Shown: positions 40,045 through 50,234, numbered from the stretch's first letter. The stretch is DNA of 64,000 nt from an uncultured Halieaceae bacterium (GCA_938074045.1 CALJGI010000015.1:56019-120018); one strand, 5' to 3'. Notes: generated by a model not told the origin, from the sequence alone. Translations and numbers: made by a program.

Positions 40045-41142
40045 ATGGCTGAGCAAAGCACTCTGGAAGTAAAGAAAGATGACTGGTCCACCACCCGGTT
40101 GGTGAGCACACCTTTGCCGGAAAATCTGGCTGAAAAAGAGGTTTTGCTACGAGTCGCCAGACAGGCTCTGACCGCGAACAATATCAGCTACGCATCGGCG
40201 GGAGACAGTATTGGCTACTGGGGCTTTTTCCCGGCTGAGCAAGACTGGGGGCGCATTCCCGCTATGGGCTGGGCGGATGTGGTGGCATCAAACCATCCTG
40301 AAATTGAACCCGGTGAGCGGGTCTGGGGGTTCTTTCCTTTCAGCACCCATCTGAAAATTCTGGCTGGTAAGGTATCGGCGGGTAATTTTACCGATGTCTC
40401 ACCTCACCGTGCTGACTACGCCCCGGTATATGCGCAGTTCGATCGGGCCTCGGCCAATCCCATCTACGAAGTCGAACGCGAAGATCAGGACAGCCTGTTG
40501 CGGGGTCTGTTTATGACCTCCTGGCTGGTAGAAGACATGATAGACATGAACGATAGCTACGGCGCGACCGCCTGCCTGATTACCAGTGCATCCAGCAAGA
40601 CCAGTATCGCACTGGGCCACTGCGTCAGCGGGCGCGGCAAGCTGAAATCGATAGGGCTGACCTCTGAAGGCAACCGCGCCTTTTGTGAAAGCCTGGGTTG
40701 CTACGATGAAGTGGTGACCTACGACGACATTGCCAGCCTCGATGCGAACCAACCGGTGGTGATGGTGGATATGGCGGGCAGTTCACAATTGCTGACCGAT
40801 CTGCACCATCACTACAACAACAATATGAAATATTCCTGCCGGGTTGGAGCGACTCACTACGAAGGCTTTGGCGAAGTGTCCGGGCTGCCCGGTGCTGTCC
40901 CCGAATTTTTCTTCGCCCCGGGTCATATTCAGGTTCGCAGCCAGCAATTGGGCGCCTCGCAATTGATGATGCAACTCGGTATGGCGTACGTGGCGTTTCG
41001 CCAGTTTTGCGATCGCTGGTTACGGATGGAGCGCAGTTACGGCCCAGACGGCCTCGTTGAGGTTTATCAGAAGGTGCTGGCGGGTTCGGCGGACCCGGCT
41101 ACCGGTCAAATCGTTTCCATGTGGGAGGAGGCTGAGGGATGA
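40045..41142 (+). CDS. DUF2855-like (MDR-superfamily-like) protein
   Basis: The ORF is 365 aa and conserved-looking, within the operon. The family call is from memory and tentative. Confidence 0.5.
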   Translation: MAEQSTLEVKKDDWSTTRLVSTPLPENLAEKEVLLRVARQALTANNISYASAGDSIGYWGFFPAEQDWGRIPAMGWADVVASNHPEIEPGERVWGFFPFSTHLKILAGKVSAGNFTDVSPHRADYAPVYAQFDRASANPIYEVEREDQDSLLRGLFMTSWLVEDMIDMNDSYGATACLITSASSKTSIALGHCVSGRGKLKSIGLTSEGNRAFCESLGCYDEVVTYDDIASLDANQPVVMVDMAGSSQLLTDLHHHYNNNMKYSCRVGATHYEGFGEVSGLPGAVPEFFFAPGHIQVRSQQLGASQLMMQLGMAYVAFRQFCDRWLRMERSYGPDGLVEVYQKVLAGSADPATGQIVSMWEEAEG

Positions 41143-41531
41143 AAGCGCTTCGACTTCACCTGGGCGGCATTTTGCTTATGTTGCTGGCGGCCCAAACCTA
41201 CGCGTCATCGGATGGCCTGGCCGGCATCTGGCAGCATGAGGATGAGCCGGTATGGATACAGATCGATGACAGTGGCGAGCAGATTGCGGGTGTTATTCGC
41301 CGCAACGGTAACAATGCCGAATCCGAAGGCTTTGAACTGATCAGGGGCGTTGAGGCCGACCAGAAAAAGCCCGGTCGCTGGACCGGCGAGATCTATGCCG
41401 AACGCTTTGAAGAATACAAAAACGCGACGTTTACTCTGCCGGAGGCGGATCTGTTACGCGTCAAGGTCAAAGTCGGTTTTTTGAGCAAAACTGTGGAGTG
41501 GAATAGGGTAGAATCCCTACCCTCAGAATAA
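41139..41531 (+). CDS. Small secreted protein (DUF2147-like)
   Basis: It has a signal peptide MKALRLHLGGILLMLLAAQTYA and a GIWQHEDEP...IQI...GVI pattern. It overlaps the previous gene by 4 nt. Confidence 0.5.
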   Translation: MKALRLHLGGILLMLLAAQTYASSDGLAGIWQHEDEPVWIQIDDSGEQIAGVIRRNGNNAESEGFELIRGVEADQKKPGRWTGEIYAERFEEYKNATFTLPEADLLRVKVKVGFLSKTVEWNRVESLPSE

Positions 41532-41582
41532 GACGGGTCGCCCTGACTCGTCGATGGCACCACCACAGATGGAGAATGCTCA

Positions 41583-42143
41583 ATGAGCAATTTGATGTAC
41601 CAAAATTCCGCCCCGGTCTTTACCCACCAACTGAAAAATCTCGCCGCCATGTTGAAAGCAGCAGCGAAGGACGCCAAAGCCCGCGGTATCGACCCAAATG
41701 TAATACTGAATGCCCGTCTGGCACCAGACATGCTGCCGCTTACGAGACAGGTGCAGATTGCCACTGATCACGCCAAGGGCTGCTGTGCGAGATTGGCGGG
41801 AGTAGAGTCCCCTACCTTTGATGACAATGAAGCGACCTTCGCTGAACTGCAGGCGCGCATCAAGAAAACCCTCGCCTTTATCCGCAGCATCAAGGCCGCA
41901 CTGTATGAAGGCAGTGAGAGCCGGGATATCGTACTCACCATTCCCATTGGCAAGCTGACCTTTAACGGCGCGGATTACCTCAACGGTTGGGCGCTGGCCA
42001 ATTTCTATTTCCACTACACCACGGCCTACAGCATTTTGCGGCACAACGGCGTAGCACTTGGCAAGATGGATTTTCTCGGCGTGGTTCCCGGCATGACAGC
42101 CAGCGGCAAGATCGCCAAGATGATCGAGGCCAGTAAAAAGTAG
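41583..42143 (+). CDS. DUF1993-like four-helix-bundle protein
   Basis: The N-terminus ...APVFTHQLKNLAAMLKAAAKDAKARGIDPNVILNARLAPDMLPLTRQVQIATDHAKG is typical of DUF1993. Confidence 0.6.
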   Translation: MSNLMYQNSAPVFTHQLKNLAAMLKAAAKDAKARGIDPNVILNARLAPDMLPLTRQVQIATDHAKGCCARLAGVESPTFDDNEATFAELQARIKKTLAFIRSIKAALYEGSESRDIVLTIPIGKLTFNGADYLNGWALANFYFHYTTAYSILRHNGVALGKMDFLGVVPGMTASGKIAKMIEASKK

Positions 42144-42157
42144 GTAGCGTTTAGCGC

Positions 42158-43069
42158 CTATTCACTTTCCGGGTTTAGTCGCCGGTCGGCACGCAGCCGG
42201 TCGGCGAGTAAATCGATAAACCCCCTTACCCGGGCACTACCCCGACGGTTCTCCCGGTGCAAAATATGCAGCGGGCTCGGCTGTGGTGTGAACTGATCCA
42301 GCAGCACCTCCAGTTCACCTTTGGAAATTGCCTCCGCCAATTGATACGACAACAGACGGGTTATGCCGAGCCCCTCTATGGCTGCCTCAACCGCCGCGTC
42401 GTTGGTACTGGCCGATACGCGTGGTTTTATCGGCACGGTGATCACCTGGCTGTCTTCCAGAAACCGCCACCCTGGAGCAAAGCCGCCGGCGGTGGAGGCG
42501 ACCAGTGCGTGCCCGTTCAGCTCCGATGGATGTTGTGGACGGCCATGCTGATCCAGGTAGGCGGGTGCAGCACAGACTGTGTGGTGTACCGAGCCCACCC
42601 TGAGTGCGCGCATGCTGGAATCCGGTAACGCGCCGATACGCACGGCGACGTCTATGCCTTCCTCAACCAGATTCACCGCTCTATCCAGAAACACCGCCTC
42701 TACGGTGACGGCGGGGTAGCGGCGCAAATACTCATTGATGGCTGGCATCACGTACAGACGACCAAACAACACCGGCGCAGTTACAGTCAGATGACCCGCC
42801 GGTTCGGCGTTAATACCCACCGCGGCCTCATCCGCCTGGGCCAGTAGATCGAGTATACGTTTGGCATCCTCCAGGTAACGCAATCCCGCTTCCGTAGCCC
42901 TGACAAAGCGAGTGGTGCGGGCCAGTAACTGGATACCGAGCCGCGCTTCCAGGGCCGCGACTGATCGGGTTACAGCGGGAGGGGATATGTCCAGCCGGCG
43001 TGCCGCCGCGGCGAAGCCCTGCTCCTCGGCAACCGCGACGTAGGTCTTCAGTTCCTGAAAGCGATCCAC
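42158..43069 (-). CDS. LysR family transcriptional regulator
   Basis: It has an HTH (FAAAARRLDISPPAVTRSVAALEARLG) and a LysR substrate-binding domain. I chose GTG 43069 as the start. It is divergent from the 43188 gene. Confidence 0.85.
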   Translation of the reverse strand: MDRFQELKTYVAVAEEQGFAAAARRLDISPPAVTRSVAALEARLGIQLLARTTRFVRATEAGLRYLEDAKRILDLLAQADEAAVGINAEPAGHLTVTAPVLFGRLYVMPAINEYLRRYPAVTVEAVFLDRAVNLVEEGIDVAVRIGALPDSSMRALRVGSVHHTVCAAPAYLDQHGRPQHPSELNGHALVASTAGGFAPGWRFLEDSQVITVPIKPRVSASTNDAAVEAAIEGLGITRLLSYQLAEAISKGELEVLLDQFTPQPSPLHILHRENRRGSARVRGFIDLLADRLRADRRLNPESE

Positions 43070-43187
43070 ATCATTATTCCTAATTGAGTAATAATATATT
43101 TCCAATATCGCATATTCATTTAAATAATGGAATTAAGCATAGTGTCTCTCAACGCGGCGACAGACGCCGACAGGGGAGTACACAGCG

Positions 43188-44516
43188 ATGGGACACAAAT
43201 TTGCCGAGATCGGATTTACCCCCAGGGTTAAGGCCTTGCAGCTGCTTCACGGTAGCCGCGCCAACTACGAGAATTTTGAGAACAGAGCCGACAGCAACAG
43301 TGAGTTGAGCTCACGCGAAGCAGAATTTATCAGCGAGCGGGATAGTTTCTACGTGGCCAGTGTGTCGGAAAGCGGCTGGCCCTATGTGCAACATCGCGGC
43401 GGTCCCCGCGGCTTTATGAAAGTACTCGATGGCAAGACCATCGGCTTTGCCGACTACTCCGGCAATCGTCAGTACATGACCACCGGCAATGTGCAGGGTG
43501 ACGACAGGGTGTCACTGTTCTTTATGGACTACCCCAATCGCCGTCGCCTGAAAATGTTTGGCCGGGTTGAAATCGTCGGCAACGACCACGGCAACGACAA
43601 CGAGAACGATCACGTATTGAGTCGGCTGGAAGATCCGGAGTATCCCGCCCAGGTGGAGCGGGCATTTTTGATTCGGGTGGAGGGCTTTGACTGGAACTGC
43701 CCCCAGCACATCACACCCCGTTTCACCGAGGATGAAATCTCTGCGACTGTGGAAACGCTGCAATGGGAGAACGCCGTGCTGCGTCAAAGAGCGCCGGAAG
43801 CGGCCCTAAGACCATCGCAAGCTGCCCTGGTCGGCGCCTTGGGTGTCGGCCAACTGGAACTGGTGGTGAGTGGTATCCGTCAATTGACACCGCGGGTTCG
43901 TGGGATTGAATTGCGTCATCCCAGCGGTGATGAATTGCCGGCGGTGACTGCTGGTTCCCACCTTCGTCTGCCGGTACTCCTGGCTGACGGCAGCGTGGGG
44001 GAGCGACACTATTCGATTTGTTCAGATCCGCGCCAGCGCGAACGCTATGAACTGGCGGTTTTGCGTGAAGATGACGGCGCCGGAGGTTCTATCTTTGTGC
44101 ATCGGGATATTCAGATCGGTCAGCGTTTTAACACCGACTACCCGGAAAATCATTTTTCACTCGCTGCCCCCGAGATACCGAAGGTCCTGATAGCCGGCGG
44201 GATCGGTATTACCCCCATCAACGCGATGAGCTATGAACTGAGCAGAACCGAAGCTGACTTTCACCTGCATTACGCGGGTAGCAGCATGCGCGAACTGGCA
44301 TTGCACAGCGAATTGAAAGAGCGGCTCGGGGAGCGGTTGACCACTTACACCAGCGAGGCAGGACAACGGCTGGAACTACTGCAGGTGCTGCGTCAGGCAC
44401 CCGCAGACGCGGAGTTCTATGCCTGTGGCCCCGATCGGCTGATTGCTGGTTTGTTTGCCGCCGCCAGGGAAGCCGGAATCAAGCGCGAGCGAATTCATGT
44501 TGAGCGTTTCAGCTAG
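43188..44516 (+). CDS. Fusion of PNPOx-like FMN-binding split-barrel domain with FNR-type FAD/NAD(P)-binding reductase (no Fe-S domain)
   Basis: The N-terminus is pyridoxamine-5'-phosphate-oxidase-like (FYVASVSESGWPYVQHRGGPRGF). The C-terminus has RHYS (RxYS), GGIGITP and YACGP motifs. The protein ends without a Cys4 ferredoxin module. Confidence 0.7.
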   Translation: MGHKFAEIGFTPRVKALQLLHGSRANYENFENRADSNSELSSREAEFISERDSFYVASVSESGWPYVQHRGGPRGFMKVLDGKTIGFADYSGNRQYMTTGNVQGDDRVSLFFMDYPNRRRLKMFGRVEIVGNDHGNDNENDHVLSRLEDPEYPAQVERAFLIRVEGFDWNCPQHITPRFTEDEISATVETLQWENAVLRQRAPEAALRPSQAALVGALGVGQLELVVSGIRQLTPRVRGIELRHPSGDELPAVTAGSHLRLPVLLADGSVGERHYSICSDPRQRERYELAVLREDDGAGGSIFVHRDIQIGQRFNTDYPENHFSLAAPEIPKVLIAGGIGITPINAMSYELSRTEADFHLHYAGSSMRELALHSELKERLGERLTTYTSEAGQRLELLQVLRQAPADAEFYACGPDRLIAGLFAAAREAGIKRERIHVERFS

Positions 44517-44550
44517 ACCTTTAAAACCATAACCCGAAAGGAGTACCACC

Positions 44551-45174
44551 ATGTCAAACATCAATCTTTATCGTCACGCCCTGTCCGGGCATTCACACCG
44601 CGTCGAGTTGTTCCTGTCTCTGTTGGGGGTGAAAGCCCGACTGGTAGATGTCGATCTGCTCTCCGGGGAACACAAACAACCTGAGTTTCTCAGCCGCAAC
44701 GCCTACGGGCAGGTGCCGGTACTGGAGGACGGTGCGCATGTGATTGCCGACTCCAACGCCATTCTGGTGTATCTCGCCCAGGCGTTTGATCCCAAAGGCA
44801 ATTGGTACCCCAGCGAGCCGGCTCTGGCCGCCGACGTGCAGCGCTATTTGTCACTCGCGGCTGGGCCTATTGCGTCAGGGCCAGCGGCGGCACGTCTGGT
44901 GACCGTATTCGGTGCCGGGTTGGATCACGACAAGGCCAAGCAGGTAGCCGAGGGCGTATTGACCACGTTGGATGCGCATCTGGCTGGACGTGATTGGTTG
45001 GTGGGAGAAACGCCCACCATCGCCGATGTCGCCAACTACGCCTACATTGCCCATGCACCGGAGGGTGAGGTCTCACTGAGTGGTTATGTGAATATACGGA
45101 ACTGGCTGGCACGTATTGAAGCGCTGCCCGGGTTTGTACCCATGCAGATCACGGCGGTCGGACTTGCTGCCTAG
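44551..45174 (+). CDS. Glutathione S-transferase
   Basis: It has an N-terminal thioredoxin-like fold (QVPVLEDGAHVIADSNAILVYL) and a C-terminal GST helix region (LVGETPTIADVANY). Confidence 0.8.
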   Translation: MSNINLYRHALSGHSHRVELFLSLLGVKARLVDVDLLSGEHKQPEFLSRNAYGQVPVLEDGAHVIADSNAILVYLAQAFDPKGNWYPSEPALAADVQRYLSLAAGPIASGPAAARLVTVFGAGLDHDKAKQVAEGVLTTLDAHLAGRDWLVGETPTIADVANYAYIAHAPEGEVSLSGYVNIRNWLARIEALPGFVPMQITAVGLAA

Positions 45175-45216
45175 TCGCTTAACCTGCCTTTCTACGGGCG
45201 TACGAGTGTGCGCCCT

Positions 45217-46164
45217 TTACTTGCTCCCTTTAAACCGCGCAAACCAATCCAGGGTTCGGCGCACGGACTGCTCAAAGTCTTCATCTCTGAGCAGATGCTC
45301 CTTTGAATCGTACAGATGCACTTCGCTGCGTTCACCCAACACACGGGCGATGGCATGCGCATTTTTTACCGGCGTTGTTTCGTCGTGCACACCGTGATGG
45401 ATTTGCACCGGCACCTTAGTCGCAGCCAACATCTCGTCGTTCCACAGCCTGGGTAGCCTTAGCCTCATGATTCGGTAGTACCAACGTTCCGGGTAGGCGG
45501 TGGACCACAGCGCTGCCGCTTTGATCTTCTCATCCACGGCAGTGAGGACGGACAAGGTCATCGCCCCACCCATGGAATGCCCAAACATAAACACCTGGTC
45601 GGTATCGGCATGGGGCAGGGAGTCCAGCGCATTCAAAGCCGCGATCACATCCCGCACATACCAGAAAGGCGCCAACAGATCGGTGGTGAACTCACGACCT
45701 TCAGAAACGTTGTGCCCGCGATAGTCAGGTGCAACGACGATGTAACCCGCTGCCGCAAAGCGTTGCGGTATGCCCCGGTAGTAATCACCGGGGCGATTGT
45801 CATTGCCGTGTTTATCCTGGCCGTGTTCCTCCGGGCGTGGATGGTAGCCGTGATTGTAAATCACCGCCGGCCAGCCAGCGGCGGGCGGCTCACCGGCGGG
45901 CGTTAACACCAGGGCGTACTGCAGAAGATTATCGTTGGTGAAGGACATCACCTGCCGACGTATGCCATCGATGGCCGGGTTTTCTCGTACGATATCGAAT
46001 TCGGTATCAGCGCTTTGCCGGTAGTGGTCGCGCAGGCCTTCGGGATAAATCTTGTTGATGTCGTCCCGGGCATCACCCAACTGCCAGAAAGACCAGGCTG
46101 CACCGACCAGCATCACGATCGCCGCGGTTGCCAGAACAAATTTTGCGATGGTTTTTATTTTCAT
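45217..46164 (-). CDS. Membrane-anchored alpha/beta hydrolase (prolyl oligopeptidase/dienelactone hydrolase-like)
   Basis: It has an N-terminal TM segment, a nucleophile elbow GHSMGG and a C-terminal HHGVHDE motif. Confidence 0.75.
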   Translation of the reverse strand: MKIKTIAKFVLATAAIVMLVGAAWSFWQLGDARDDINKIYPEGLRDHYRQSADTEFDIVRENPAIDGIRRQVMSFTNDNLLQYALVLTPAGEPPAAGWPAVIYNHGYHPRPEEHGQDKHGNDNRPGDYYRGIPQRFAAAGYIVVAPDYRGHNVSEGREFTTDLLAPFWYVRDVIAALNALDSLPHADTDQVFMFGHSMGGAMTLSVLTAVDEKIKAAALWSTAYPERWYYRIMRLRLPRLWNDEMLAATKVPVQIHHGVHDETTPVKNAHAIARVLGERSEVHLYDSKEHLLRDEDFEQSVRRTLDWFARFKGSK

Positions 46165-47321
46165 CGACCAGACCTTAATACATCCTGCACCAGCTGACTT
46201 ACCTGGGCATGATCAGCGCTGCGTGGGTTGGTGCCGGCGGCGGTATCGAGCAGGGCTTTAGCCGCGATGGTGTCAGCACAATCAGGTGGCACGCCAATAT
46301 CCGTCAAGCTACGGGGTATCTGCAACTCATCCAGCAGCGCACATAGATAATCATACAGCGCAGCAAAGGTTGCTTCTTCCAATCCCAGTACCTGATTTAT
46401 TGCAGGGATTTTGTGGGCAATGCTGTCGGCGTTAAATCGCAACACGGTGGGTAGCAGAATGGCATTGGTCAGGCCGTGGTGCGTGTTGTAGTCGGCACCC
46501 ACCATATGACTGATGGCGTGCACCAGCCCCAGCCCCTTAATAAAGGCGACGCCCCCCAGGCAGCTGGCCACCAGCATGCCGCCTCGGGCAGCCATATTGT
46601 CCGGCTCGTTTACTGCGGTGACCAGGTATTCCCGGTTGAGACGCAGGCTCTCCAGCGCTATCCCATCACACAGCGGATGAAAGTCCGGCACACAGTAAGC
46701 CTCCAGCGCATGAATCAGCGCATCGAGACCGGTCCATGCGGTTAGATTGGTCGGCAGTGACAGAGAGAGTGCCGGGTCCAGTAGCGCGATGCGCGGTTTG
46801 TGCTGCGGGTGCCAGGCGCAATATTTGATGCCCCGTTCAGCGTCGGTGAGCATGGCCGTGCTATCGGTTTCTGCACCTGTGCCTGCGGTAGTCGGTATAC
46901 AAATCAAAGGCGGGAAGAGTTTAGCGACAGTGGGTGAATCCAGGTCGTAGTTAAAAGCCGCCGCGGGGTGATTGGAATGAGCGATCAGCGAGATGGCCTT
47001 GCCCCCATCCATACCGCTGCCGCCGCCGATGGCGATGATGCCGTTGTGCCTGCCGCGATGATAAGCATCCTTGCCGGCATAAATTTCCTGCTCAAGCGGG
47101 TTGGGTGAAATATCCGCAAACAGAGCGGCACCTGAAAAAGACGCCCTGAGGTCATCCATCAGGGTGGCCATGTAGGGCAGGTCACAGCTGCCTTTGTCGG
47201 TGACAACCAAGGGGCGGGAGATACCACTTTTTTCACAGAACTGGACAATTTTGCGGGCCCGGCCCGGGCCATAGTGGATATCTACCGGAAATTCCCAATC
47301 CCGGTCGGCAAGCATATCCAT
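46161..47321 (-). CDS. Iron-containing (group III) alcohol dehydrogenase
   Basis: It has a GGGSGMDGGK motif and His-rich metal-ligand motifs (HALEAY, HMVGADYNTHHG). It overlaps the downstream hydrolase gene by 4 nt. Confidence 0.85.
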   Translation of the reverse strand: MDMLADRDWEFPVDIHYGPGRARKIVQFCEKSGISRPLVVTDKGSCDLPYMATLMDDLRASFSGAALFADISPNPLEQEIYAGKDAYHRGRHNGIIAIGGGSGMDGGKAISLIAHSNHPAAAFNYDLDSPTVAKLFPPLICIPTTAGTGAETDSTAMLTDAERGIKYCAWHPQHKPRIALLDPALSLSLPTNLTAWTGLDALIHALEAYCVPDFHPLCDGIALESLRLNREYLVTAVNEPDNMAARGGMLVASCLGGVAFIKGLGLVHAISHMVGADYNTHHGLTNAILLPTVLRFNADSIAHKIPAINQVLGLEEATFAALYDYLCALLDELQIPRSLTDIGVPPDCADTIAAKALLDTAAGTNPRSADHAQVSQLVQDVLRSGR

Positions 47322-47416
47322 GGTTTTTCCGCTCTGTAGTCTTTGTTGCCAGTATTGTGCCCTGTGGAGTGGACCGCTACCAACCCGTCTACTGTGGCTT
47401 TGTCACCAGCTCAGCG

Positions 47417-47659
47417 TTACAGCATCTCAAACTGGCAATCCATCAGAGTTACCAGATCATCAAAGTCCTGCGCTGACAGGCTCATCGCGCGACATATATT
47501 GGAGCGGTTGCTATTCATCGATCGAAGTTGGCAGAAGAGATCAAAGTTCACCTGTGCCAGTTTCAGGGGATGTATCGCCACTTGCGGTCGAATGCTTACG
47601 CCAAATTCCCTGGGGGTGTCAGGGATGGTGGTAATGGACTGTTCGGGTCGATTTTGCAT
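47417..47659 (-). CDS. Hypothetical 80-aa protein
   Basis: This is the only sizeable ORF in the 47322-47978 gap and is co-oriented with the Fe-ADH gene. I recognised no family. Confidence 0.3.
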   Translation of the reverse strand: MQNRPEQSITTIPDTPREFGVSIRPQVAIHPLKLAQVNFDLFCQLRSMNSNRSNICRAMSLSAQDFDDLVTLMDCQFEML

Positions 47660-47840
47660 AACTGACTTCCTTTTTTGATCGAGTGTGTTTCAGTTCATGT
47701 GTTGCAACATATATGCCAGCTTTTTCTGATCCCCGGTTTGGCGCACCTCAACACCAACTCAACCTGTGAAATTTGGCGTCCAAAGGGGTTACGGACGCGA
47801 TATTGATCGACTGTTTCTGCAGAACGAATGCATGGTGAAT

Positions 47841-47852
47841 TGCAAAATGCAA
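47841..47852 (+). promoter_or_regulatory. TGCAAAATGCAA motif (TGCAWWWTGCAA family), candidate regulator/enhancer site upstream of the LruC gene
   Basis: This is one of three near-identical 12-mers that I found in intergenic regions heading the accessory operons. It lies 127 nt upstream of ATG 47979. Confidence 0.35.
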
Positions 47853-47978
47853 AAAGTATCTTTTGATCTTGCAGTCAGAGTCGCGGAGGCCAGTAAAAAC
47901 GGACCGATATGTTCGGTCTGGATTGGCATGAATCTTGAAGGTATTCAGGCAAATTGATTTCGTCAAAGAAGCCTGTTT

Positions 47979-50234
47979 ATGAAGTTCAGTACAGTTTTTA
48001 AGCGTGTCTTGTCGACTCTGGTTTTTCTCATGATCTGCAGCCCCTCCGTGGCTGCGCCGTTTTCTGCATGCCCCAATGAGGCATTTCTGACTCAGGGCAA
48101 ACCAGGGGTGCTCTATGGCGTTAATCTGACCAGTGGGCAGTACGATTTACTGAGCGAACTCAACACCGTGAATAAACTCAATGGTATGGGCTTTAATTAC
48201 CATGATGGCTATTTATACGCCTGGTATTATGAAGGGCAGACCCTCGCCAGAATTCATGCCGACTACTCCATAGAGCCGCTTACCCTGCAGCCGGCTTTGT
48301 CGCTGCAATACTACGTAGGTGACACTTCAGTTGCGGAAAATGCGCACTTCCTGTATCGAAAAAATGGAGATGACGGTGGACTTTGGCGCATAGAGCTTGA
48401 CCCGTCCGGGCAGGATTATCTTGCGGCGACTCGGATAGCCACCACCAGCAACCTCTACCTCAACATATTCGATATGGCTTTTCACCCATCGGACGGCTTT
48501 ATCTACAGCGTGGATAATATCGGTCGCCTGTACCGAATATCACCCGCCAATGGCAGCAGGACCGTGTTAGGAAATGTCGGTGAGTCAGGCACCTTTGGTG
48601 CGGTTTACTTTGATGCGGGTGGTCAGCTTTATATCAGTCGAAATCAGGATGGTCGTATTTTCAGAATTGACCCAAATGACGCGTCACCCACGGCTCAGTT
48701 CTTTTCCTATGGGCCAGCGTCCAGCAACAACGATGGCGCTCGATGCGCTCTGGCACCGGTTGCTGAGCCGGCGACGCCCTCTATGGATTTCGGTGATGCG
48801 CCCATCAGCTACGGCACCCGCATGGCGGAGAATGGCGCTCGCCATGTGGTAGTCAGTGGTATTCGACTGGGTGGCAAGATAGATGCTGAGAACAGGGCTT
48901 TCCTGGCGCCAGACGAGTCCGATGATGCCAAGGATGGCAGCGATGATGAAGATGGCGTGCAGGTTGTGACATCCATTACCCAGGGTGAGCAGGCAATTTT
49001 GCAGGTGGCTACCACTGGCAATGGGTTCCTGAATGTATGGATTGATCTGGACCGTAACGGTACTTTTGATGGCGCTGATCAGTTGGTCACAGATCTGGAG
49101 CTGTCAGGCTCGACACATTTTGTCACCATGGATGTACCTGCGGAATCTGCCATTGGACCAAGCTGGATGCGGGTACGCTACGCCAGCACCGTGGGCCTGT
49201 CTGCAACCGGAGCAGCGAGTGATGGTGAGGTTGAAGACTATCCCATCGAAATCACGCGACCTTCAACTAAGGTAGAGTATTACCCTTCAGAATCCGGGGT
49301 GGTAACCGTCGCCTTTGAGGATCTTTGGCCATCGGTCGGTGACTACGATCTGAATGATCTCGTAGTCTATTTGCGTACCTCCATCACATCAGACACAGAC
49401 GCTGGACAGCGGATCAGACAGATATCGGTTGAAGGTGAGTTTGCCGCGGTTGGGGCGGCATTTCACAGTGGCTTTGCCATTGCCATTCCCGGGCTCAAGA
49501 CTAAAGACGTAGATTATGCCAAGACGGAATTGCTAATAGATGGAAAAATTCCAACCGCTGTATCTGGCGGTACCATTGGGGAATTTCAGCCATTACAGGG
49601 AATAGCTATTGCGCAAAATCAGAATGCGCTGTTTGAGATAACCAGAGATTTGTGGAACGTTGTTGAAAAAGGTGAAGGCTGTGCCTTTTTCCGTTCCGAT
49701 AATAACTGTGGTGCGGCGAACAGAGTGCCGTTCTCGTTGGTGATCCCGGTGGTAGGTAACGTCCCCTTGTCGTCAATCGAGAAAGGAGCGTTTGATCCGT
49801 TTTTATTTGCAACCACGGGCTACGGAAGAAGCAGCATATTTGTGGACAGCCAGGGTAATCCATTGGCGCCCGGAGATGGGCTCGAAATCCACCTCAAAAA
49901 TCAATTGCCAACCTGGCGTGCTGATCAGGCTTTGCTGGGACGGTCTTCTGATCGCTCACAGTCCGCCACGCTTAATGCCGCGGGTAGTCCCGTCAGCTAT
50001 CAGACAGCCAACGGTTTGCCATGGGCAATTGAGGTGCCTGCCAGGTGGTGTTATCCCTCCGAATATCAGGATCTATCAATCGCATATCCTGATTTTCCGT
50101 TGTTTGTGCTCAGTAACGGCACCCAGGCCAGGAACTGGTATGTCGTCGGCAATGCCGCTTCACACCCCACCCGGGGAGCAGCGGGATATCTCTACAAACA
50201 AGACGGTTTGCTTGATGCAAGTTGTGCGCAATAA
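47979..50234 (+). CDS. Secreted LruC-domain protein with GEVED domain and N-terminal repeat (DUF6923-like) region
   Basis: It has a signal peptide ending SVAAP and repeated ...DGxLY... propeller-like units. DFGDAPISYG...DDEDGV...DGEVEDY marks a GEVED domain, and VAFEDLWPSVGDYDLNDLVV is the LruC/DUF4842 signature. Confidence 0.75.
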   Translation: MKFSTVFKRVLSTLVFLMICSPSVAAPFSACPNEAFLTQGKPGVLYGVNLTSGQYDLLSELNTVNKLNGMGFNYHDGYLYAWYYEGQTLARIHADYSIEPLTLQPALSLQYYVGDTSVAENAHFLYRKNGDDGGLWRIELDPSGQDYLAATRIATTSNLYLNIFDMAFHPSDGFIYSVDNIGRLYRISPANGSRTVLGNVGESGTFGAVYFDAGGQLYISRNQDGRIFRIDPNDASPTAQFFSYGPASSNNDGARCALAPVAEPATPSMDFGDAPISYGTRMAENGARHVVVSGIRLGGKIDAENRAFLAPDESDDAKDGSDDEDGVQVVTSITQGEQAILQVATTGNGFLNVWIDLDRNGTFDGADQLVTDLELSGSTHFVTMDVPAESAIGPSWMRVRYASTVGLSATGAASDGEVEDYPIEITRPSTKVEYYPSESGVVTVAFEDLWPSVGDYDLNDLVVYLRTSITSDTDAGQRIRQISVEGEFAAVGAAFHSGFAIAIPGLKTKDVDYAKTELLIDGKIPTAVSGGTIGEFQPLQGIAIAQNQNALFEITRDLWNVVEKGEGCAFFRSDNNCGAANRVPFSLVIPVVGNVPLSSIEKGAFDPFLFATTGYGRSSIFVDSQGNPLAPGDGLEIHLKNQLPTWRADQALLGRSSDRSQSATLNAAGSPVSYQTANGLPWAIEVPARWCYPSEYQDLSIAYPDFPLFVLSNGTQARNWYVVGNAASHPTRGAAGYLYKQDGLLDASCAQ

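Noticed and set aside
47924-47939. TTGGCATGAATCTTGAA upstream of the LruC gene as a fourth sigma-54 promoter
   Set aside because: The geometry is right (41 nt to the ATG, motif site upstream), but the invariant -12 GC is replaced by GA. It is too weak to call as a feature and is mentioned only in the LruC finding.
47748-47966. ORFs 47766-47957 (+) and 47748-47966 (-) in the gap upstream of the LruC gene
   Set aside because: They are mutually overlapping, AT-rich, have no RBS or motifs, and coincide with the likely promoter/regulatory region.
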